Assembly (NCBI GenBank): GCA_904063045.1
Contig: CAJFCJ010000016.1
Span: forward strand, 806,001 to 870,000
Length of the DNA stretch: 64,000 nucleotides
From: Dimorphilus gyrociliatus
Taxonomy: Eukaryota > Animalia > Annelida
Direction of reading: 5' to 3'
Below are positions 38,701-49,989 of this stretch, one piece after another. The number at the start of each line of letters is the position of its first letter. Position 1 is the first letter of the stretch. Under the pieces are notes generated by a model. That model searched no databases. It saw only the letters and a list, made by a program, of their open reading frames with translations, and had not been told where the DNA came from. The position numbers were made by a program, and so were the translations under genes.

Positions 38701-41700
38701 GTAGTAGTTTCAATATTTATTCAAGTTTTTTCTCTACATAGTTATAGAATTAGTAATAGATAGTTAATAAATAATATTTGTATATTAAATAAAAACCAAT
38801 TATTCTTTAATATTTGAAAGGAAAGGAAATAAAAAATTAGATTTTCAAGTTAAAAACCGATAAAGAGTGAAATGTGGGCGGCGGAGGAGTGGGGAGGAGG
38901 GGGGTGGGAAGTGAGAAGGTTAAAAAAGAAAAATTGAAGAGGGAAAAAGTCTATCGTTGACAAGCGCCTTTCAAGAAACTCTATCTTGTTTTTATTTATA
39001 AAGATAATACATCGTTTTGATGATTTATTTTCGTTAAAAGAATTATAAATTTGTTTAAGGCAAAAATATAGATATATATATATATATAGAGAGAGATAAC
39101 GATAAAGAAAAAGGCAAGGATGGAGTGTGTACTTTATTTATAAATAGCCACCCATAACTACCTACATGCCCTATTACTACCACCATGAAAATCTCTTTAG
39201 AGGAGCTTAGACCCAATAAGTTGCTCAACTAGAGGAACTTTTTCATCATTTACACGGTAAATAATAGGAATGCAATAGACCTACTGTTAAATAGAACTGT
39301 CTAAATATACCAAAACGGTTAACATTTCATTTCCAGCTGTAATTTTGCCTCTAAGATAAATAAATTTCTTATTACATATTCTGATTGTCTACATAGATCT
39401 TACGCGCAATTTTTCTCCACCCAATTTCTCCTTATTGATAGAATTGCTTTTAATAGGCCTTTTTTTCTTATTAGCCAACTATTAAGTATTTTCTTCATAT
39501 TGTACGAAAAGGATTTAGCTACTGTATTTTGTAATAATAAAAAGAGAAGAAACTGTTTTTACCATAATAAATTACGGCAGACAAAATGCAACCCAATATA
39601 CGAATCAACAAAGGCAGGTGAGCTTAATTACTAACTGAGTATTTACCAATATCTAAAATTTCCAATATCCTCCTCTATTTCTCTTTATCCCCTTATTCCT
39701 CTCCTCTCTATCCTATTCTTTTCTTTCGCAGTAATTAACATAATAAATAGAACTGAGGAGAAAGAGAAAGTGGGGGACAGACGGAGAGTTATAGAAAAGG
39801 GACTAAACGAGAGAGAGAGAGAGAGAGAAAGAAAAAATAACAACTAAATAAGATGAGGATTTAGAGGATATAGATAAAGGAATCTTAACGGATTTAAGCC
39901 TATACAGTGATCATTCGTGCAGAAAGTTTCAAAGTAATTTATCAATGTGCAAAATATAACACTTTATTATGGAAAGCGTTTGATTTGTTTTTTCTATAAT
40001 ACGAGATTAAAACGGCTAAATACGACTCTATTACTTTGAACCAGTTTATTTCTCCCCTCCACTCTCATATCTATTCCTCTCTCTCTTAACTATCTCCTAT
40101 TCTGATATTAATATTAAACAGATACGAATTTTAAATGGGAAATCTTTCAAAAAGACAATAGAAGGTTCTAACTTTCCAATTTAGAAAAATGTTCACTTTT
40201 AATCAAATCCGATAAAAACAAAGTGGAACGCGTAAACACCAATTATCATAAATTACAGTGAAAATAAACAACATTTTCCCCCATATATCACAACCCAGCC
40301 ACCGGCTATTACGTAATAAAAGGGGAAAGAGCTTGCAAACAACTGTCGGCTTGTAATTGAGATGATTTCTTATTTAGCCTCCTCTCCCTCTTGTTCTTTA
40401 TCTCATTAAATGGATGAATGCGACAGAACAATTAGAAATTTATGTAAAAACGGCGTCAATGCTATTGTCTAAGAGAACAAAAGGACGCGCCGAAGTTTGC
40501 TTATAAATTATACATAAATAACATAAAAAAGAACAAAAATCCCCTCCCCCCTTCCCCTCTTCGTTCGCTTGAACAGATGTTGCGAATAAAGGTAAACACG
40601 TTCAAAAACTTAATTCGATAATACGATAGCGCCGTTATTCTAAATTAGCTAATCAATCAAAAATATTCCATTAAAGAAAAAATCAGACCGTATCGGAATC
40701 ATGAATATTCATCAACACACAGCTGCATTTATCATCCGTCTGCAATAGTACAGCAAATTCTCTACAGACTTCTACACGCGTGCCAAGTGTGTATATCACT
40801 GTATCAAATTCAACTTTACAACACATAAATATTTTTACTACAGATTCAGCCTGTAATAAATCAGTGCATTTATATAAGTCTATAAAATAGTTTATTTATT
40901 TATTGATCGATTATTAGGCGATAATCTCTTTTTTTTTTCTCCTTCTTTCTTCTTCCTCTTCTCCTTTCTGTCTTTCTCTCTCTGTCTCTGTTTCTCTCTG
41001 CTCTCCTAACCCTACCGTCCGCTCTTTATTGACAAGTACATTTCTTATCAAAATTGTAATTGATGCTTGAATTGAACAAACTTTTATTTTTATTCAACCT
41101 TGTTCAAGGACGGTCAACAATAGATAAGAGAGAGAGAGAGAGAGACAGAGAGAGAGAGACAGGAGGAAGGGATATAAAAACTAAACAAAGATAGAACTTG
41201 CACAATTAAGAGGATTTAATATTGTTTTCCTTTATTTAGGTTAGATTACTCTGCCTCAATCACTGTTTCTACCAATCAATCAATCAATTCCTAAAAATCC
41301 TTAATTATTAACGTTTTGCATTGTTGAATGTAAAAAGAGAATAAATTACTAAATATTAATTTTCAAACGTATAAAACAGGCGTCGTATTCAAATTGATAT
41401 GGTTTTACAATGTATAGAATTAGAAAAGAGAACACTAAGCCGGATGTAGTTAATCCTATAGATTTCATGAATAGAGATGTCCAATTTAATAAAATCGATT
41501 AGTGCCTCATGTGAAGCGCTTTATCATCTTATCTTATTCATTAAGAGTACAGAAGAAAGAAAAGATTTCTTGTTCGATACGTTCAAAGATCGGACCTATG
41601 AGGCTATAGTATTCTCCTAACTCTGCCCCCTAACCCCCTCGTCCCCTCGACTCCCCTTTCAACTAAATCACACTAACGAAATATACCCAAAAAAAAGAAA

Positions 41701-41989
41701 CTTATAGAAAACGTAAAGAAAGAATCTTATCGATTCGCTAACAAGCTTTAGATGCCGCAAAATCAATCAATTATCGATCATTATAAAATTCTCTTACCTC
41801 CAATCCTGAGATTCGTATCCGGGGCAATTTTCTACAGTAATTTTCATATTGTCCTTATTCTCATAGGGTCCTTGTAGTTTCTATAGAAAAGCATAGTACA
41901 AGCCACGTTTTGGAAGCGCGCCAAAATCATTTAAAGCTTTTTTAACCCTTTTTTCGATAATTTTCTTTTAAACTTACCGTATTCTCCAT
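32794..41989 (-). CDS. prickle: Prickle-family planar cell polarity protein (PET + 3 LIM + CaaX), about 445 aa. Exons 41978-41989, 41798-41880, 34351-34611, 33819-34284, 32794-33309
   Basis: CPGYESQDW|[26 protein letters not shown] (PET domain), three LIM domains ([12 protein letters not shown]; [10 protein letters not shown]; [11 protein letters not shown]) and C-terminal [11 protein letters not shown] prenylation motif. Phases are consistent; the 12-nt first exon (MENT) is less certain. Confidence 0.92.
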
Positions 41990-42111
41990 CTTTAGTATTA
42001 AAAATAACCGTTAGTTAGTCAAAATTTTCACCGTAATGGGCATAGTAATACACCTGTCTACCTCTAGCACCAATATGAGATCTGTACGAAAAAACGTTGA
42101 ATATGCAAATT

Positions 42112-42780
42112 GACCACTCTAGATGGCGCAGATAATCTTTTTGTACCTCTGTAATAAAATTATAGATGGCGCTACAGTAGACAAGTTTCTTTTTTTTCCC
42201 GAATGAACGATTCATATTTCTAGTTGTTTATCAATAAAGAAAGAAAATTTGATATCGTTAATCTTTTAATCTCTTTCTTGTTGTTTTTATCCTTCTCTCT
42301 ATCTCTTTCTTGTCTCTCGTTTTTTACAAAAAGCAACAAGAATTCTATAAACTTTTTTTTGGTAATAGAAAAGAAAAAGTTGACTGCCCTCTTTCATCTT
42401 TTGTTATCTTTTATTATAAAGAAGAAATGTATGACTAAAAATTGACATTCTGACCTAGAGAATACTAGGGTTTTCTCTTCAATTATATATTAAATATGAA
42501 GGAAAGTGCAAGCTTAAAGCTGTTACGACGGGTAATAAATATTCATACATAATACTTTATATAAAAGTAATAGCATCTGGAATTCATTCTTGAATTTTTT
42601 TTTCAATAGCTAGAATCCCGAGCGTTAATGGCCCCGAAGAGTCACTTTTCAGAGTGTAAAGTGGCCCCAAAGGGACATTAAGTAAGTCAATTTAAGCGGC
42701 AGATGGTGCTGATATCGCTCAATATTGTACTGGGGTTACAATGCTAAGGACGTGAAGGGTAGGGGGTGTACTAGATGGCA
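42112..42780. promoter_or_regulatory. Cluster of CTCF-like cores (YAGATGGCGC) just upstream of prickle
   Basis: TAGATGGCGC at 42120-42129 and 42163-42172, CAGATGGTGC at about 42700, CTAGATGGCA at 42771-42780, all in the same orientation. Confidence 0.45.
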
Positions 42781-43013
42781 GAGGCAGACAATAGGGTAAA
42801 AAGAAACATGCACAAGTTTCAAAGGTATTCGACCGGTAAGTTATTTGGCAGCTACAAAAAAAAAGAAATGGAAAAATTGAAAAGGGAAAGAAAGGTTGAA
42901 TAAGGACAAAAACTACAAAAGCACAAAAATCAAGACTCATCTTTCATTGTGGAAGATAATGTTTATAAATGTTTTTTCTTCTCTATTTTTTGTATTAAAT
43001 TCCCCAATGCTTT

Positions 43014-43055
<42 letters not shown>

Positions 43056-43075
43056 CGCTCTCTCTTCCTTTATTC

Positions 43076-43106
<31 letters not shown>

Positions 43107-44742
43107 TTTTAATACACTAACCCCCTTTTCGACTATCTTATTTATGCTCTCCTCTCCCGTAAATGATTATGATTATTCAACAAAATGTCCTTTTTTTCCC
43201 ATTCAAACAATTTTGTATATTCTAGCTTTCTCTTGGTTCATAAACTAGTTCAATTCCTCATTCAATCTCTTTTTTCCTTCGTTTGTTTCTTTCTCTCTTT
43301 TTCTTTCATTCCCCAATTCTTTCTTTCTAATTCTCTTCGGTCCTTTAAAAAAGCGTTTTTCTTCACCTCTAGGCTATTTTGGTGAATAATGACAGCAAGA
43401 TTTCAAGTAAAACTGAGTAGTAGAGTATATATTTCAAGTGATTTGCAATAGCCAAGTAAAAATAAAAGACATTCTTTGCAAGGGTAACGCCCTGAAGGTC
43501 GTCGCAATCCATCGTTATATATGCTAACGATATGCCAAAAAAGGACGAAATGTGTAATATAAAAATCTTTACGTTTAAGGTTGTATTTGCATAATAAAAA
43601 AGAAAATGATCTTAGTTTTAGCAGTTTGTTTGAATTGTTTGCTAAGTCTATTGTTATAGTAGTATATAGGTTTTATTAAAGTACATAATAAGATAAGGAA
43701 AAGAGAAGATTTTTAGAATAAATTAACTTTTGGAACAATATGGAAACTATATTCGGCAACCGATTGATGTTTAGAGAAAAAAACCTTAATAAACAATAAT
43801 TATATTATTAATATTCAAAATTCTTTAACGCGTCTATATACTAGTTTTATAGGACTAGTTAAAGTGTAGGTGTCTAACTCATCTATCTCATCATATATTT
43901 CTTCTTACTCCCACTGTACACTCCCTTCTGCAATCTCTAGCATTTATTTTGTCTATAACCTCCCACGCATAATTTTATATCTACCCAACAAGCGTCAGTT
44001 AGGGTTTCTAATTGTATAGACTCTTAGTAGTCTATATCTATAAAAGCGAAAGTATATTTCGCCCCCTCACCTACCCCCTTCGGCTTTCTATTCCTCCCCT
44101 CCACCTCTCCATTATACGTTCAAGCGTGTTTTACTACTACCAGTAGTACTACTAACACCACCACCACCGCCACTCAGCTACCAACAGGTCTGCCACCACC
44201 GCTATCACCGCATTACAAATACCGCCGCCACCGTTTCATTTTCAAGCAAAACAAAAAAAAATGTCATTGATTTTCCAGTGACTTTCCAACCGCAAAGTAC
44301 GTTTCTGTAATTCACTAACCAAAACCAATCATTAAAAGCCACTTACTTTTACAAAAAAAATCCTCAAACAAACCACATAAAACCAGACAAATGAAATCGC
44401 TTCCCACATATTGACCTAGACGACTCATGCGAACTACAGGCCCTTAATATAAAATCTTACTATTGTACTAGTAACCCATTTGGTAAAAAAATCTCTTATC
44501 GGAATGGTGCGTCAAATATTTAGTGATTCCAATGCAAGAATGCAAGTATTTCTTATCATTGTATTAATTTTTAATTATGATACGATTAACAATAGCTTTG
44601 CGTTGCTATGGTTATTAGTAAAAGCTAAATAAGACTATATATATACTAATATATATGCGTATACTGTATATTATTGTTTATTATTATTGTTGTTATTATA
44701 TTGTTCTGTTTTCTTTTTTTTCGATTGCATTATTCGAGCAGG

Positions 44743-45229
44743 ATGGAAATGGTGTGGCATAGTTGCTTCGATGGATTTTTTACGGAATTCTGGCATAATT
44801 ACAATCATCATTGGCAACTTCTTCCAACCAGATATCCAATAGATATAGATAAGAATAAAGGGTGGTGTATGTTCAGGGACAGCGCCAAAGTGAGATTTAA
44901 TTGTCAAAAATGTGGCCATGGGTGGACAAGTATGAAAGGTAGAGTAGTATTTTGGTTTTGGTTAGACCCTATAAGTTATCAACCTATTGACTATTACGGA
45001 AGAGCATTTCATTCTGGACTGGTATTTTTTAAACTTTATGGTCAAAAGTGTCAAAAATGTATGGATGAGAAGAGATTCGAAGCTGCAATGTGGTACCCTG
45101 AGGAAGTTCAAAAGGTTTCTTTAATTATTAATTATTGTATATAGAATTCAATTTTTGTTGGCAAAGGGAAAAAGTAGGGAGAGAAGATTGGAAGTAGATA
45201 AATGTTAACAAGTTAATAGGACTATTAAC

Positions 45230-45260
<31 letters not shown>

Positions 45261-46309
45261 CAGAAAAGCTTGTATAGTAGTATCTAAGAAAAGTAATTCT
45301 CCAGGGATAAAGTTTCCTTTAAAATTTTCTTTTTATTTCATAAGAAAAAATAGAACTCTGACGTACATGAGCTTTTTCTTATCTCATTTATTCAAGAAAA
45401 CCAACTTACGACATCGTTTCTATTAATAAGAACATTTTAAATCCATTATCATTCACTAAAAGGCGAAAAAAACGTAGATCTTTTGAATACTTCGATTGTT
45501 CAATTTTTCTTTCCCTGTATAAATAGGCCTAAATCAAAGAAATATGGAAGAGGATTTTGTGAATCATATATATATGATATATTTAAATACTGTAAGAAAA
45601 AGTTTGTACTTTTAAGCAAGAATTTCAAACTTGCAAATAAATTAGGAAAGAAATTTTTTCAAATGTTTTGAATAGATTTAATCTAGAATATGCAATAAGT
45701 TGAAATATTTAAAATATTTCGCCTAATTTAGGCCTAAAAAAATCATTTTTGAATAGTAAGGATAAAAGAAGGATAAAAAAAGAAGAGAAAAAGTAAAATG
45801 AAAAAAAGATTGAAGCGAATTTGGATATGATAGAATTCTTCTATATTTAACTTTTGTACTATTTTACTTCTTTAATCTTTCGAAAATGGAAGAATTGAAT
45901 CGTCGGCCATGAAAAGAAGTAATTAATAACAAATATTATTTAAGCAATATAGAGTAATATTTCATTGCTAATCACCTAATTGTTCGTCTTTTACAATTAT
46001 AGGATCATAGATTGTCAAAATAATAATTAAATATCCTATTCTCTCCTTTTCTTTTACCATTTAGATGAGTTTTAAATAAAGAAAGTAAAGATTGAACGAT
46101 GCGTTAGTCTACATATATGCATATATTGATATATATTTCTTTTATAGGTTCTCCAAAATATCCACCAGAGAGTTGGGCAAAACTATTACGGCTTTCAACA
46201 ATCTATATTAAGGTTAGACAGAAGGGCGGGTAAACCAAGACAGCAGCATAATTCAAATCTTTGCCAAGCATGTCAAGAAGGAGGCATTTGTTACGAGGGC
46301 GCTAACTAA
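44743..46309 (+). CDS. Receptor-transporting-protein-like zf-3CxxC protein, soluble (no TM), about 177 aa. Exons 44743-45114, 46148-46309
   Basis: AKVRFNCQKCGHGWTS..FKLYGQKCQKC..HNSNLCQACQEGGIC: three CxxC pairs plus the WTS and H motifs of RTP/ZAR1-type domains; phase 0 intron. Confidence 0.88.
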
Positions 46310-47616
46310 ACCAATCGATAGAAAGTTGTCCATAGATAATGTTTTTTTTTTATGACTCTGTAATTTTTTCTTTCCGCTGAATAGGGAAATATGCAGAGTG
46401 TTTTAACAGAAATATAGAGAATTGAATATATAGATATATATATATATATTTAAAAAAGTAACCTTATCTTTAATTAATTAATTAGTAATCAATTGAGAAA
46501 TGAAAGAACAAGGAAAAAAGATGTTTTACATATTTTGTTTCAGTCAAGAAATACTTGAGAAAGAACTTTGGCTATAATTATAATTATATTAATGATGTTG
46601 AATGACTAGAGATAACGTTACAACTGTATTCTACAAACCATTAAAACTTTCTTAAAACAATCTTCGTTTGTTTATTTTTCTTTCTTTAACTTTGATTTTT
46701 GTCTCTAAAAAAAGTTTTGGTTATTTTTTTTTGTTTTTTTAAAAAAAAAAGGAATGAAAATTTTTTGCAAAAATAAAAAAATAATAAAACATACAGTTGA
46801 AAATCAACAATTTCCTTATATGGTAAAATGATTTATTATCTACTTTACCTTTGTTTCTATTCCTCCTTTTTTTCCTATTAAAATAATTGCAAATTCAAAT
46901 TGGCGCCATCTTTTATCAATTGTAATGTAGAGGGTAGAGTTATATAGAATTTGCTATTTTTTTCTCATATAGCAACTACTCAAAGGCATTGTAATCTCCT
47001 TAAAATTTGTAAAGAAGTAATATCTTTATTCTTTCATTAATGTGTTACACAGGCTATATATAAAGAAGAAATAGTTCACGACCGTAAAAATAGTCTTTCA
47101 TAGGCCAATTATAAAAGTAAATGTTACAATATTAAGATTTCTCTTTATACTAGAGTTCATAAACATTACATATATATATACATATATATTGATATATACT
47201 TTTCAAAGAGAAAAGATAGGAAAAGGCAGAAAGAGAGACAGAAAATGAGCAAAATAGAAAAAGAGGCGGTAAGTTTAATCAATACGGAAGTACTGAAAAG
47301 TTTGGATAATAGGCGTCAGCACTATAAGTGTATTGCTGTGCTACCACGTGCTGCAATGGTGTAAAGATATGGAAATCAAGTAAAAAAAGAAGAAACATCA
47401 TAAAAATAGAGAGATTGAGAGAATATTTTCAGTGTATTTAGCGTTTTTTCTCCCTCGATATTTAATATTAAAGCGTCTATTAAATATATTGAAATATTTC
47501 ATCATACCGATGTGTTTGAACACCTTTATTTCTCAACTTGCTGTTATTCATTTATTTCTTCCGTGATATTGTTGTTGTGTTTTTCATCATTATATATTCT
47601 TATTTAAAACGAATAT

Positions 47617-49579
47617 ATGAGAAATATGGAGAAAGATTACCATCCACCCGGAAACTGGTTTACTTCGATGAGGTTTCTCGTTGCTTTATTAGGATTTTTT
47701 GGCTTTTTTAATATGAATGCAATGAGAGGATCAATGAGCTTTGCTATTGTTTGTATGGTTAAACCAGTTAATTTAAACGTTACCACTTGGTCGAATACTA
47801 CAAATACGACCTTATACTGTCCTTGGGCCGTTCGGACGGGTAATCATGTAAGTTTTCATCTTTTCCGTTCAATTACGCTAATCTAGAGTCTGTATATATT
47901 TATTCTAGAAATTCTTAAAAATAGATGGCGTTAGTAGTTAGTAATAGGAAAAATAGATAAACAGTTAGCTTATTTATATATATATATATATATATATACT
48001 TTATACTGTATATAATTGAGGATATTCTATTTATTCAATATTATTCTACTTGTTTTTTTTTGTTTTTTAAAAAAACAAACAACATAATTACAGACAATAG
48101 AAGAATCATTTAGTAATGAGTTTGCATGGTCGAAAGAAATACAGAGTTTGATATTAGGTTCATTTTTCTGGGGATACTGCATATCTCAAATACCCGGCGG
48201 TTGGTTGGCTGATTCTATCGGTGGTCGTAGAATACTTACCTTCGGTATACTTCTCGCCTCGTTATGCACCCTATTAGCCCCAATTGCTGCAAGGTTTCAT
48301 TATATAACTCTCATTGTTATAAGATTTCTAACTGGATTAGGGTCTGGAGTTTCTTATCCAGCGATGCACGCTCTTTGGGGAAAATGGGCTCCACCTTCGG
48401 AAAGATCGAGATTAACTTCTATAAGTTACGCCGGTAGTATGCTAGGAGTTGTATTAGTAATGCCGATATCAGCGTCCTTCTGCGACTCGAGAATAGATAA
48501 TGGATGGCCATTAATATTCTATACTTTGGGTGGTTCAAGTTTATTATGGATAATTCTATGGCAATTCTTAGTAAGCGATACACCGGCGGAAAGTAGGAGA
48601 ATCTCTAGAGCGGAGAAGGATTATATAATAAAATCGTTGAAAGATGTAATAACCTACGATGAAAATAAGGTAAGAAAATAAAACAGCATCTCTATCTATC
48701 TGTCTGTCTCTCTATCCTTCTCTCCATCATTCAATTCCTATTCTCTTTTCTAACAGTTGTCCCATTTCTGTTCGGTACCCTGGCTATCATTTGCTAGTTC
48801 GATGGCTGTCTGGGCAATAGTTGTTGCAAATATAACATCGGATTGGGGAATGTATACAATAGAAACAAATATGCCTACCTATTTAGCGGAAGTTTTAAAA
48901 TTTGATGTAAAATCAAATGGCTTCTTCTCAGCAATACCCTATATATACTTTTGGATTAATATCCTAATTAGCGGTCTAATTGCCGATAAACTACGATCGA
49001 AGTGCTTAAGTACCAAAAATACAAGAAAGCTCTTGAATACTTTTGGTCAAGCATGTCTCTGTATAAGTTTTATAGCAATATCCTTTATGGATTGTACAAA
49101 TTGGTTGGTGGCTGTAATAATGCTGGCCATTGGAACAGGAGCTATTGGTTTTTCTTTTAGTGGTTTTTTGGTTAATCACGTTGATATAGCTCCAGCCTAT
49201 GCAGGCGCATTGATGGGTATTAGTAATTCAGTTGCGGCACTAGTATCTGGTTTTGGCGCACCTTATGTTATAGGAATTTTAACTCCTGATGTAAGTAAAC
49301 TCTTCCATTCAAGAATTTTTATTCAAATTCACAAAATTAATTAATAATAACAGTAAATTATTCAATTAATTAACATTTTCGCATATTTACAAAGTCTTTT
49401 AAATCACACAGTCAACCCCCGAACAATGGAAGACTGTATTTTTTGTCGCGGCAAGTGTTGTAGCTTTTGGGGTCCTAATATATGGAATATTTGCACAAGG
49501 AAGTGTTCAAGAATGGGCTAAACCAAAGTCGATGAAAGAAAACAAGGAAATGGTTAAATTAACAGAATTAAATGCTTAA
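47617..49579 (+). CDS. SLC17 (sialin-like) MFS anion transporter, about 502 aa. Exons 47617-47847, 48094-48669, 48757-49290, 49412-49579
   Basis: ILGSFFWGYCISQIPGGWLA, YPAMHALWGKWAPPSERSRL, NHVDIAPAYAGALMGISNS, EQWKTVF..GSVQEWA. Confidence 0.93.
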
Positions 49580-49989
49580 AGCAAGGAGACAAAGGGAAAA
49601 TAGAAGGTTAATACAACAACAAAAAAAAAACAACACATAACTAGACTTCATTGAGAAAGTTCACCGTTTAACAAAAAAATTGATAATAAAATTACCAAAG
49701 AGGTGTTTAATACTATAATAGAGCTATTTTTCATTTTGTTGCCTTTTGGTTAAAGCATCCAAGTTTAGGCTTTTGTCTCACTATCCGAAATTTTACTTTT
49801 CCTTCTCTTAGGAGCAATCGGCTTAACGTTGACGTAAGTTTCAACGGAATCCGTTCGATTTCTGATTGGTTCTCGTTCAGTTGAATTTTTACGAATATCT
49901 AAATCTTCGATTGATTAATTAATCAATTGATTGATTAAAGAAAAAAGTTTTGAATGAAACAATTGATCTATTATACAGTAGAATAAAAT

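Noticed and set aside
39903-40803. TA-CAGTGAT...ATCACTG-TA as a Tc1-like MITE relic
   Set aside because: Only 7 bp of inverted repeat plus TA, with no further TIR similarity; compatible with chance.
42896-43385. Several hydrophobic ORFs in the track (also 35767-35988, 60010-60319, 15762-16004, 8342-8572)
   Set aside because: Products of (CT)n, (TA)n, (CA)n and T-rich low-complexity sequence.
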